From the NCBI GenBank assembly GCA_014874295.1, contig JACWAL010000003.1, positions 1 through 55,792 on the forward strand: a DNA stretch of 55,792 nucleotides, read 5' to 3'. Position 1 is the first letter of the stretch; the number at the start of each line of letters is the position of its first letter. Shown piece after piece: positions 44,987 to 53,121 of this stretch. The notes beneath the pieces are model-generated. The model was not told where the DNA came from. It did no database searches and saw only the letters and a list, made by a program, of their open reading frames with translations. A program made the translations under genes and the position numbers. The DNA is from Candidatus Micrarchaeota archaeon. GTDB lineage: Archaea > Micrarchaeota > Micrarchaeia > Micrarchaeales > Micrarchaeaceae.

Positions 44987-45772
44987 ATGAAAAAGGGAAA
45001 GATAGAGACCTACATAAACGAGATGCTCGAGTCGAAGGGCGCGATGCTTTTCACGCTTATAGACCCAGATGACTACAAGAGCACGAAGGACGCGGTCAAG
45101 ACGGCCGATGAGTGCATAAAGGGCGGCAGTGACGTCATACTCATAGGTGGAAGCATCGGCGCACAGGGGGGGCTTTTGGACGAGGTGGCTGAGGGCGTGA
45201 GGGAGCTATCTGACATACCTGTCATACTCTTCCCGGGTAACATAGCGACGCTGACTAGGTACGCAGATGCGGTATACTTCATGAGCCTGCTCAACGCGCG
45301 CAACCCCTACTGGATAACGCAGGCGCAGATGCTCGCCGCACCCCTGATAAGGAAGCTCGGCATAGAGCCGCTGCCCGTGGGTTACATGGTTGTGCACCCG
45401 GGTGGCACGGTAGGATGGGTGGGCGACGTCAACCTCGTGCCGAGGGAGAAGCCGAAGATAGCGGCCGCGCTCGCGATGGCGGGAGAATACCTGGGTAACA
45501 GGTTCATACTGACGGACACGGGCTCGAACCCGAGGTTATTCAACTACGGTCCCATACCGAACGAACTTATACGCAGCGTGCGCGCCGCGATAACGGTGCC
45601 GTACATAGTCGCCGGAGGAATAACCAACACCAAGGAACTGTCCGACGCTTACAGGAACGGCGCGGACATAGTGCAGGTCGGTACCGCCTTCGAGGCCGGC
45701 AACGCGACGAAGATGGCAAAGCTCTTCTCCGCAGTGGCGAAGGAGGAGGGCCGCAAGAAGCTGAAGAAGTAG
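44987..45772 (+). CDS. geranylgeranylglyceryl phosphate synthase (PcrB/GGGPS family)
   Basis: LFTLIDPDD, VILIGGS and the C-terminal YIVAGGI..........DIVQVGTAFE layout of the GGGPS TIM barrel. Confidence 0.8.
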   Translation: MKKGKIETYINEMLESKGAMLFTLIDPDDYKSTKDAVKTADECIKGGSDVILIGGSIGAQGGLLDEVAEGVRELSDIPVILFPGNIATLTRYADAVYFMSLLNARNPYWITQAQMLAAPLIRKLGIEPLPVGYMVVHPGGTVGWVGDVNLVPREKPKIAAALAMAGEYLGNRFILTDTGSNPRLFNYGPIPNELIRSVRAAITVPYIVAGGITNTKELSDAYRNGADIVQVGTAFEAGNATKMAKLFSAVAKEEGRKKLKK

Positions 45773-45779
45773 TGCATGC

Positions 45780-46823
45780 ATGCACGAGATATCCACGATT
45801 GAGGTCTCCATTCTCGCTGGGGAGCTTAATGCGGAGTACTCGGGCTTCCACATAGAGAAGTTCTACGACCTTGGTAACGGAAGGTTCAGGATGAAGGTCA
45901 GGGGGAACGGGCGGGACGTCAGCCTCGTGGTCTATCTCTGCCATGCGGTCTGCCCCGCGCAGTACATAGAGAGCGCGGACCAGCCCAGCCAGTTCGCGAT
46001 GGCTGTGCGCAAAAGGATAACGGGTTTCGTGATACATGAAGTGCATCAGCTCGGCAGGGACCGCATACTCATCTTTGAGCTGCACAAGGGTAATCTGGCA
46101 TCCAATATCATACTCGAGATGTTTGGCAAGGGCAACCTCATAATAGCCGACCAAGCCATGAAGATAACACTCGCCTACGTACAGCGCGATTTCAAGGACA
46201 GGTCGATAAGGATTGGCAGCATCTATTCGCCGCCCGCCCAACCAGGAAGGAGGGAAGCAAAGACGATCATGGCTCGCGTGTCCGCAGAAGCGGACGTCGG
46301 TCCGATATATGTCGAGGACGCCATAGCGAGGGAAGGGCTCCAACCAGGTGCAAAGGCAGACGAGGCCGACAGGCAGGTAATGGACAGGATAATTACATCG
46401 CTGTCCAAGCTGGGAGGCGGCCGCGCGTTCGTGTACGTGCGCGGCGACGAGATCGTCGACTATTCGCTCGTGGAGCTGAAGAAGTACGAAAGCATAGACA
46501 GGAAGGAGTTCGATACACTGAAGGGGGCGCTCGCTTTCGCCTACGGCAAGGCGCCCGAGGTTCATCAGGAGAATCCAGAGTTGAAAAGACTGGAGGCCAG
46601 CATAGGCAGGCAGAGAGAGCTTGTGCTTTCAGCCATGAACGAGGCAGAAAGCAGCAGGGAAGTGGGCAGGCTCATCTTTGCGCGCATGGGCGAGCTGAAC
46701 CAGTTGATCGACGCAGCCAAGAGAAACAGGCACATCACGGTCGAGGAATTGCGCTCGATGTTCCCGCATATCAAAATAAGTGATATAAACCTGAAGGACA
46801 AGACAGTAACGGTAGAAGTGTGA
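45780..46823 (+). CDS. NFACT-N domain protein (RqcH/FbpA-like), short form
   Basis: IEVSILAGELN...HIEKFY...RDRILIFEL....NIILEMFGKGNLII matches NFACT-N. A coiled-coil segment follows. 347 aa, with no NFACT-R (DUF814) part. Confidence 0.65.
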   Translation: MHEISTIEVSILAGELNAEYSGFHIEKFYDLGNGRFRMKVRGNGRDVSLVVYLCHAVCPAQYIESADQPSQFAMAVRKRITGFVIHEVHQLGRDRILIFELHKGNLASNIILEMFGKGNLIIADQAMKITLAYVQRDFKDRSIRIGSIYSPPAQPGRREAKTIMARVSAEADVGPIYVEDAIAREGLQPGAKADEADRQVMDRIITSLSKLGGGRAFVYVRGDEIVDYSLVELKKYESIDRKEFDTLKGALAFAYGKAPEVHQENPELKRLEASIGRQRELVLSAMNEAESSREVGRLIFARMGELNQLIDAAKRNRHITVEELRSMFPHIKISDINLKDKTVTVEV

Positions 46824-46825
46824 AA

Positions 46826-47716
46826 ATGTTCGACGTCGTTTTCCTGGGAACATCAGGCTCCACGCCGACAAGAGAGCGCGCGCTCCCCAGCGTGGCAGTA
46901 GTTCATAACGGCATAACCTACCTGTTCGACTGCGGAGAAGGCACACAGAGGCAGTTCTTTGTCCATTCGCTCAACATATCGCGCGTCGATTACATATTCG
47001 TGTCGCACATACACGGCGACCACGTCATCGGCATCGCCGGGCTGATAAGGACGCTCGCGTCGAACAACAGGACAAGGCCATTGACGATATTCATCCCATC
47101 CGGATACGAGGCGAACGTCATGGCCCTGATAGAGTTCGACAGGGCGATGATAAAGTATCCAATAATCCTGAAGGGCATAAGGTCGGGCAAGCTGCTGGAG
47201 AACAATGGCATAAGCGTCAGCGCGTTCAAGCTGTCGCACTCCGTGCTGACGTACGGCTTCATATTCAAGGAGGATGACAGGCTGAGGTTCGACAAGGACA
47301 TGTGCAGGAAGCTCGGCATAAAGGGGACCATGTTCTCGGAGTTGCAGCGCAAGGGATCCATAACGGTAAACGGTAAAAGAGTATCGCTCCCCTCAGTTAC
47401 AAGGCGCCAGGAAGGGAAGAAGATGGCGTACATAACCGATACGAGGCCGGCGAGCGGTGCGGCTTCGGCGTGCAGAGGCGCGGACCTGATGGTGCACGAG
47501 GCTACGTACGACAGCTCAATGAAGGATTACGCCGTGGCAAGGAAGCACTCAACAGCGGAGGAAGCCGCAAGGATGGCCAAGTTGTCGAAGGTCAAGAGGC
47601 TGATCCTGTTCCACATAAGTGCAAGATATAAAGATGCTTCCGCCCTATTAAATGAGGCGAAGCGCGTATTCAAGGACACGAGCATAGCCCACGATGGAAT
47701 GAAGATAAAGATATAA
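46826..47716 (+). CDS. rnz: ribonuclease Z
   Basis: FLGTSGSTPT, FDCGEGTQRQ, HIHGDH (HxHxDH) and the C-terminal LILFHIS. Confidence 0.93.
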   Translation: MFDVVFLGTSGSTPTRERALPSVAVVHNGITYLFDCGEGTQRQFFVHSLNISRVDYIFVSHIHGDHVIGIAGLIRTLASNNRTRPLTIFIPSGYEANVMALIEFDRAMIKYPIILKGIRSGKLLENNGISVSAFKLSHSVLTYGFIFKEDDRLRFDKDMCRKLGIKGTMFSELQRKGSITVNGKRVSLPSVTRRQEGKKMAYITDTRPASGAASACRGADLMVHEATYDSSMKDYAVARKHSTAEEAARMAKLSKVKRLILFHISARYKDASALLNEAKRVFKDTSIAHDGMKIKI

Positions 47717-47788
47717 GGGCCTGTAGTCGAATGGTAAGACGTCACGTTGACAACGTGAAGAGCCGGAGTCCGATTCTCCGCGGGCCCA
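47717..47788 (+). tRNA. tRNA-Val (GAC)
   Basis: Acceptor GGGCCTG/CGGGCCC. D arm GTCG-AATGGTA-AGAC. Anticodon stem TCACG/CGTGA, loop TTGACAA. T arm CGGAG-TCCGATT-CTCCG. Discriminator A. Starts on the nucleotide right after the rnz TAA. Confidence 0.88.
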
Positions 47789-47821
47789 CTTGCTTTTATT
47801 GCTTTACTGCTATGTTCAACT

Positions 47822-48277
47822 ATGTCAGCCAAGACAAAGGATTCGACAAAGGGCAAATATGACTATCCAGTAGATAAGGAATACATTACAAGAATCAGTT
47901 ACTGTGAATCCCCGAAACATACGGGGTCGCTTAGGTTCTCTGTCGATTTTATAGTGCCTGTGGGGACTCCAGTCAAGGCTGCGTCGGGCGGGCGGGTCGT
48001 CGACACAAAGGCTGATAGCAAGCTTGGGGGTAACAAACTAAGGCTCGAGAAGTACGGCAACTTCGTAGAGATTTACCACCCCGAATGCGATGAATACTCG
48101 GAATATGAACACTTATCTAAGACTGTTGTAAAGCCCGGAGATACGGTTAAAAGAGGTCAGCTGATAGGGTACTCCGGAGCAACTGGCTACCTGGGAGGGT
48201 TAGGGCCACATCTGCACTTTATGGTCGGCGTGTACAAAGATTATCATACACTGAAGATCATTTGGAGAAGAAGATGA
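47822..48277 (+). CDS. M23 (LytM-type) metallopeptidase domain protein
   Basis: HTGSLRFSVDF, VGTPVKAASGGRVV, YEHL and GYSGATGYLGGLGPHLHFMV (HxH). No signal peptide seen. Lower GC than the surrounding genes. Confidence 0.7.
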   Translation: MSAKTKDSTKGKYDYPVDKEYITRISYCESPKHTGSLRFSVDFIVPVGTPVKAASGGRVVDTKADSKLGGNKLRLEKYGNFVEIYHPECDEYSEYEHLSKTVVKPGDTVKRGQLIGYSGATGYLGGLGPHLHFMVGVYKDYHTLKIIWRRR

Positions 48278-48323
48278 CTGCGCAGTATGTGCCTTAAACC
48301 TGATAAACAGGCCGTCGCGCGAC

Positions 48324-48527
48324 GTGTCGCAGCTCAGGAAGAGGAAGGGCAGCAGGGGCAGGGGGTGTATTCTCGGCGAGATAATGGGGTGCTCTCCGAA
48401 GGTCGTGTGCTTCGTGGGTAGGATGACGTACACAAAGTTCACCGGCAACAACGACTTCGAATTTGGATGGCAAGAGAACATAGGCAACTCGAAGGCCTAC
48501 GTGATGCACTTCCCGATGCGAGGTTAA
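48324..48527 (+). CDS. hypothetical small protein (67 aa)
   Basis: GTG-start frame whose codons follow the local bias (AGG, AAG, ATA, C/G-ending). No motif recognised. Confidence 0.35.
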   Translation: MSQLRKRKGSRGRGCILGEIMGCSPKVVCFVGRMTYTKFTGNNDFEFGWQENIGNSKAYVMHFPMRG

Positions 48528-48604
48528 CCTCGCATTGGGCAAAACATAGGGCGCCACAGATACGAATAAAAGCCTTGTTAGCGATTCAAGAGCGGTAACG
48601 CCAG

Positions 48605-50557
48605 ATGAGGACCTGGATCGCATTGGCCATAGCAGCCATGTTCACGTTGCAGCTCTGCCTCAATTATGTCATCGCTGCGCCGATATACGACGAGCAGGTA
48701 GGGATCAGCTTCGCGACCAACTTCGACAGGCTTGCATACAACGTGACAGCTGTGGCGCAGTCGCGCAACGGCACCGGTCCGGCTTACCTGCTCAACGGCC
48801 TGACCGATACCGGCTACTGGTATCAGGCCGGCATAGCGTACAACTGGCCCACGACCGGCACTGACCATTACTCCGGCTTCAGCTTTGCTTACCAGGTCTG
48901 GTCGCCGAGCAAGGGGCTCGTCTACCCCAGCACCGGTGGAGGGGGCATAAGCCGCTTCTCCGGTCAGGTCAACCCTGGTGACAAGGTTCTGCTGAGCATA
49001 GAACTTAAGAATGGGACCGCGATGATGTCCGCCATGGACTGGAGCACGGGAGCATACGCGAATACGTCGTTCACTTCCGAGGGCGCGTCGTACTTCGTGG
49101 GCAACGGTAGCTCCGCCTCCAATAGGAACGGCTACTTCACAGGCCTAATGACTGAATGGTATTACGACCAACCCTACTCGGGTGACATAAGCAGGGTCAC
49201 GTACGACCCGTACGGCACCCCTCCGCCGAGCGCGTGGCTCTGGCTCGACGAGTTTGGCTGCATGGACGGCTACAACTGCACGAGCAAGAGCAACATAGCC
49301 TCGGATTACACAGGCTATGCCGTAACGCCTAACCCCTACTTCTCGACCAATTATCACGGCATGAACCTGGGCTTCTACAGCAATGGCACGTTCTTCACTG
49401 GAGGGATGTTGCACTCGCTTGTCCTATCGTCCTTCAAGGCAGGTTCGGTGCAGACGGACTCGGAAGTGCCGTCGACATCATCGTTCAGTGTCGGGGTATT
49501 GGGAGGGATAGGACCGTACACCTACACCGTATACGTTGACAATTCCGTGTATGCCCAGTCGACCAGCCAGTCACCTGCCTATTCTGGGAACGTGAGCACC
49601 CAGAACCTGGGCATCGGCAACCACACATACCGCATAGGGGTGCTTGATTCTTCTGGAAGTACAGTGCTGTCTCCTATCGTGAACGTGGCCGTCAACTCCG
49701 ATCCGTCGCTTAGGGTGTACAGCAGGAGCAACGCATCCGACGTCAGCATAGGGCTGCACATCTCGTTCAACGTCACCGGAGGCACACAGCCTTACAATAT
49801 AACGTGGTACGTGAACAATGCGAGCATCGGCGACCTCGGCAACAAGTCGATTAAATTCGCGCTCGGGCGGAACCTTGTCTACGGCAGGCTGGTAGATGCC
49901 GTCGGCATGGTGTCCATCTCCCCAACCATCCAAGTAACGATGAACCGCGACCCCATCGTGGGCATAAGCCCAGAATCCAGATATGCGGATGTGGAATCGT
50001 CGGTCAACATCTCCGCGTCGACGCAATACGGTACTCCTCCATACAGCTTTTCATGGAGCGTCGACGGCAAGACTGTGTCATCCAATAGGTCGTTCACGTT
50101 CTCCCCTGGAAGCGTGGGCACGTACCAGATAGCGCTCTCGGGCAGCGATGCTGCCGGCTATTCGTTCAACCAGATATCTACCTTTACGGTCAACCCGGCG
50201 CTCAGGCTCGGCAACCGCTCATTCTCCAACAGCAGCAGCCTGTTCTACACAGGTTCGGCAGTAAGCTTCTCAGGGGCGGTAACAGGAGGCACGCCACCAT
50301 ACTCATACACATGGTACGTCGATGGGATACCGCAGTTCTCCGCAAATGCGACTTCGCTGCGCTATGATGCGATAGGAATCCACACGGCTAAGCTAGTGAT
50401 AAGCGATGCGGCAGGAGGCAGCGTTACAGTCTTGTACCCGTTCGTCACCGAGTACAACTACACGACCATAGCGGCTCTGGGCGCGGCGTTCGTACTCGCG
50501 CTTGTTGGATATGCCGTCGCAATCCACAGGAAGCTGCACAGGAACGCGTCGCTCTGA
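48605..50557 (+). CDS. secreted, C-terminally anchored protein: eqolisin (G1 glutamic peptidase)-like beta-sandwich plus four PKD-like repeats
   Basis: Signal peptide MRTWIALAIAAMFTLQLC. N-domain with GYWYQAGI, VNPGDKVLLSIELKNGTAMMSAMDWSTG and LMTEWYYD, resembling the Q/E dyad context of the G1 fold (tentative). Four ~85-aa repeats with GG(T)xPYxYxWYVD. TM helix and HRKLHR tail. Confidence 0.6.
   Translation: MRTWIALAIAAMFTLQLCLNYVIAAPIYDEQVGISFATNFDRLAYNVTAVAQSRNGTGPAYLLNGLTDTGYWYQAGIAYNWPTTGTDHYSGFSFAYQVWSPSKGLVYPSTGGGGISRFSGQVNPGDKVLLSIELKNGTAMMSAMDWSTGAYANTSFTSEGASYFVGNGSSASNRNGYFTGLMTEWYYDQPYSGDISRVTYDPYGTPPPSAWLWLDEFGCMDGYNCTSKSNIASDYTGYAVTPNPYFSTNYHGMNLGFYSNGTFFTGGMLHSLVLSSFKAGSVQTDSEVPSTSSFSVGVLGGIGPYTYTVYVDNSVYAQSTSQSPAYSGNVSTQNLGIGNHTYRIGVLDSSGSTVLSPIVNVAVNSDPSLRVYSRSNASDVSIGLHISFNVTGGTQPYNITWYVNNASIGDLGNKSIKFALGRNLVYGRLVDAVGMVSISPTIQVTMNRDPIVGISPESRYADVESSVNISASTQYGTPPYSFSWSVDGKTVSSNRSFTFSPGSVGTYQIALSGSDAAGYSFNQISTFTVNPALRLGNRSFSNSSSLFYTGSAVSFSGAVTGGTPPYSYTWYVDGIPQFSANATSLRYDAIGIHTAKLVISDAAGGSVTVLYPFVTEYNYTTIAALGAAFVLALVGYAVAIHRKLHRNASL
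49418..50449 (+). repeat. four tandem PKD-like domain repeats (~85 aa each)
   Basis: GGIGPYTYTVYVDN, TGGTQPYNITWYVNN, YGTPPYSFSWSVDG and TGGTPPYSYTWYVDG, at regular spacing. Confidence 0.75.
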
Positions 50558-50596
50558 AGCTACATGCGCGCCGCGCCAAGGCTTAAATACCTTCTT

Positions 50597-50620
50597 CTAG
50601 TTTAATACTAAACTAGTTTA
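50597..50620. promoter_or_regulatory. palindromic/direct-repeat operator candidate upstream of padR
   Basis: CTAGTTTA-ATAC-TAAACTAG-TTTA. Inverted repeat TAGTTTA/TAAACTA (50598..50615). Direct repeat CTAGTTTA at 50597 and 50613. Embedded in TATA-like sequence 20-40 nt upstream of the padR start. Confidence 0.5.
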
Positions 50621-50639
50621 GATTTAAACTGGTGTGTGG

Positions 50640-51005
50640 ATGAACTGTAAGCCAAAGCCAGACGCGTCTCACTACATAACGAAGGACATGTACCATGCGA
50701 TTCTCAAGCTCATACTCCTGACCACGATAAAGGAGAAGAAGACCTACAGCTACAAGATGCTCAAGGACGTCGGCGAGATAGTCAAGTCAAGGCACTTCCC
50801 GCATTCCGGCAGCATAAAGAACGACATATACAACACAATAAGCGCGCTGGAGAACGCCGGGTACGTGCGCGTGCAGGCGAAGCTCGAGGGAAACAGAGTC
50901 AAGAAGTACTACAGCATAACTGCGAAGGGCACGGCGGCTCTCAAGGAGAGCAGGGTCGTGTTTTCCCAGGCGGTTAGGTCCGTCAACGGCATACTCTCCA
51001 AGTGA
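50640..51005 (+). CDS. padR: PadR-family transcriptional regulator
   Basis: ILKLILLTTIKEKKTYSYKMLKDV...ISALENAGYVRVQAKLEGNRVKKYYSITAKGTAALKE is the PadR wHTH pattern. Confidence 0.85.
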   Translation: MNCKPKPDASHYITKDMYHAILKLILLTTIKEKKTYSYKMLKDVGEIVKSRHFPHSGSIKNDIYNTISALENAGYVRVQAKLEGNRVKKYYSITAKGTAALKESRVVFSQAVRSVNGILSK

Positions 51006-51009
51006 TCGC

Positions 51010-51999
51010 GTGAGGAACATAATAGAGATAAATCACTTGGTGAAGAGGTTCGGCAACTTCACGGCTGTCAGCGACATCAGCTTCAACATAGAGGCCGGGC
51101 AGATCTATGGCATACTCGGGCCGAACGGCGCGGGCAAGACAACCACCATAAGCCTGGTGCTCGGCATCGAGCGCCCCACTGCGGGCAAGATCCTCGTCGA
51201 CGGAATGGACAACATGCATAACAAGGCGAAGGTAAAGCAGATGATAGGGTTCATGACCCAGGAGACGATAGTAGACTCGGACCTGACGGCCTATGAGAAC
51301 CTCGAGATAGCCGCAAGGCTCTACCACCTGGAGCCGCAGGAGACGAGGCGCGCGATCAGCACCGCGCTGGAAGAAGCCGAACTCACGGAGTTCAAGGACA
51401 AACCGGCGGGCACGTTCTCGGGTGGCATGAAGAGGAGACTCTACCTGGTAAAGTCGATGATACACGCGCCGAAGGTGCTGATCCTGGACGAGCCGACCAC
51501 GGGTCTCGACGTCCACAACCGCGTGCAGATGTGGGAGCACATCCGCGAGCTCAATTCGAGAGGTGTCACAATAATACTCACCACACAGTATCTCGAGGAG
51601 GCGGAGGAGCTCTGCAACAAGATATCCGTCATCGATCATGGAAAGATAATCGCGACCGGCACACCCTCGGAGCTGAAGCGCCTGGTCTCGAAGGGGCAAA
51701 TCCTCGAGATCATAACGACCAGGGACGGGGCCGCAAAGATCGCGAAACTGCTGCAATCCGCATTTAGACTACAGGCCACGGTCAAGGAGGACAAGATAGA
51801 GGCGTACATGGAATCCAATCCGCTCACCATATTCTCGGACGTGCTCAACAGGCTGATGAAGGAGAAGCTTCCACTCATATCGATAAGCATGCACCTGCCC
51901 ACGATGGACGACGTGTTCATAAAGCTGACAGGATCGTCGCTCAGGGACAGTGTGGGGGAGAACAAGTCGGACAGATCAAATGTCATGTTCAGGAGGTGA
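51010..51999 (+). CDS. ABC transporter ATP-binding protein (ABC-2/DrrA-like)
   Basis: GPNGAGKTT, Q-loop, FSGGMKRRL, LILDEPTTGLD and the H-loop TTQY. GTG start 4 nt after the padR stop. Confidence 0.93.
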   Translation: MRNIIEINHLVKRFGNFTAVSDISFNIEAGQIYGILGPNGAGKTTTISLVLGIERPTAGKILVDGMDNMHNKAKVKQMIGFMTQETIVDSDLTAYENLEIAARLYHLEPQETRRAISTALEEAELTEFKDKPAGTFSGGMKRRLYLVKSMIHAPKVLILDEPTTGLDVHNRVQMWEHIRELNSRGVTIILTTQYLEEAEELCNKISVIDHGKIIATGTPSELKRLVSKGQILEIITTRDGAAKIAKLLQSAFRLQATVKEDKIEAYMESNPLTIFSDVLNRLMKEKLPLISISMHLPTMDDVFIKLTGSSLRDSVGENKSDRSNVMFRR

Positions 52000-52003
52000 A
52001 TCT

Positions 52004-53110
52004 ATGACGCTTATCGAGGATACATTGACACTGTACAAGAGGGAGATGCTGATCTTCAAGAGCCACCTCCGCACCAACATAATACGCTCTGCGATGTTTC
52101 CGATAATATTCATCTTCTTCTTCGGCAGCATAGGCTCCAGCTCCATAAACGTTAACGTTGCGGTGGTCAACTACGCGAACAACCCACAGAGCCTTTCGTT
52201 CATAAACTCGCTCACATCAAGCAGGACCATGTCGATAACGTCGCTGACGACACAGACGGATGCGCTAAACCAGCTCTCTGAAGGGAAGATCACTGCAGTA
52301 ATAGTGATACTGCCGTCGTTCCCCAAAATGAGCGCTGGCAACCCCGCAGTCGACGTGTACTATTCGACGTCAAACTTCGAGGCGGTGCAAGCAGTACTAC
52401 CGGCCATACAGCAGGCGGCCGGCAGTTTCGACAGCAACATACTTGCGAACCAGCGGAGCTATGGCAACACGTCGCTCAGGCCCCTCTATGGCACGACAAG
52501 CAGCTATGTCGTATTCCTCGTCGGGGGCATACTCAGCATGACAGTGGCATTCGGAATGACATTCGGCACGGGGATGTCCCTCATAACGGACAGGCAGCTC
52601 GGCAATCTGAAGTCCTTCCTCATATCGCCGATAAGCAAGGATTCCATAGTGCTGAGCAAGATACTTGCCGGCGCGACCGAGGCGCTGCTCTACATAGCGA
52701 TAACCCTGATAGTGGGTTCGCTCGACGGCGTGGGCATAGCCATGGGGCTGGCCGGCCTCGCCTGGATAGTGATAATAGGCATAATGGTCGCCATAGGGTT
52801 CGCGGGCATAAGCACGATACTCGCCTCGCGCATAGGGAAGGTCGAGGTCTACACGATAGTGGCGCAGACGATAGTCATGCCGTTGTGGTTCCTCTCCGGG
52901 GCGTTCTTCCCGACGACGTCATTCCCGTCGTTCATGCAGCCGATAATCATGGTGGACCCGCTGACGTACGCGACGCAGGGGATAAGGAACGTCATGATGC
53001 TAGGGTACTACCCGCTCGCGCAGATAGCCCTGGACCTGGGCGTCATGACCGCGTTCATGGCGTTCGGCATAATAGGGAGCATATTGCTCTTCAAGAGCTA
53101 CACTGATTAA
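52004..53110 (+). CDS. ABC-2 type transporter permease
   Basis: ATG preceded by AGGAGGTGA. N-terminal TM helix, a large extracytoplasmic loop, then 5 TM helices (typical ABC-2 topology). Confidence 0.85.
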   Translation: MTLIEDTLTLYKREMLIFKSHLRTNIIRSAMFPIIFIFFFGSIGSSSINVNVAVVNYANNPQSLSFINSLTSSRTMSITSLTTQTDALNQLSEGKITAVIVILPSFPKMSAGNPAVDVYYSTSNFEAVQAVLPAIQQAAGSFDSNILANQRSYGNTSLRPLYGTTSSYVVFLVGGILSMTVAFGMTFGTGMSLITDRQLGNLKSFLISPISKDSIVLSKILAGATEALLYIAITLIVGSLDGVGIAMGLAGLAWIVIIGIMVAIGFAGISTILASRIGKVEVYTIVAQTIVMPLWFLSGAFFPTTSFPSFMQPIIMVDPLTYATQGIRNVMMLGYYPLAQIALDLGVMTAFMAFGIIGSILLFKSYTD

Positions 53111-53121
53111 TCAAGATTATA

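Noticed and set aside
45567-46565. 332-aa minus-strand ORF
   Set aside because: It is antisense to the end of the GGGPS gene and to the NFACT-N gene. Arg/Leu/Pro-rich with no motif. The sense-strand genes are well supported.
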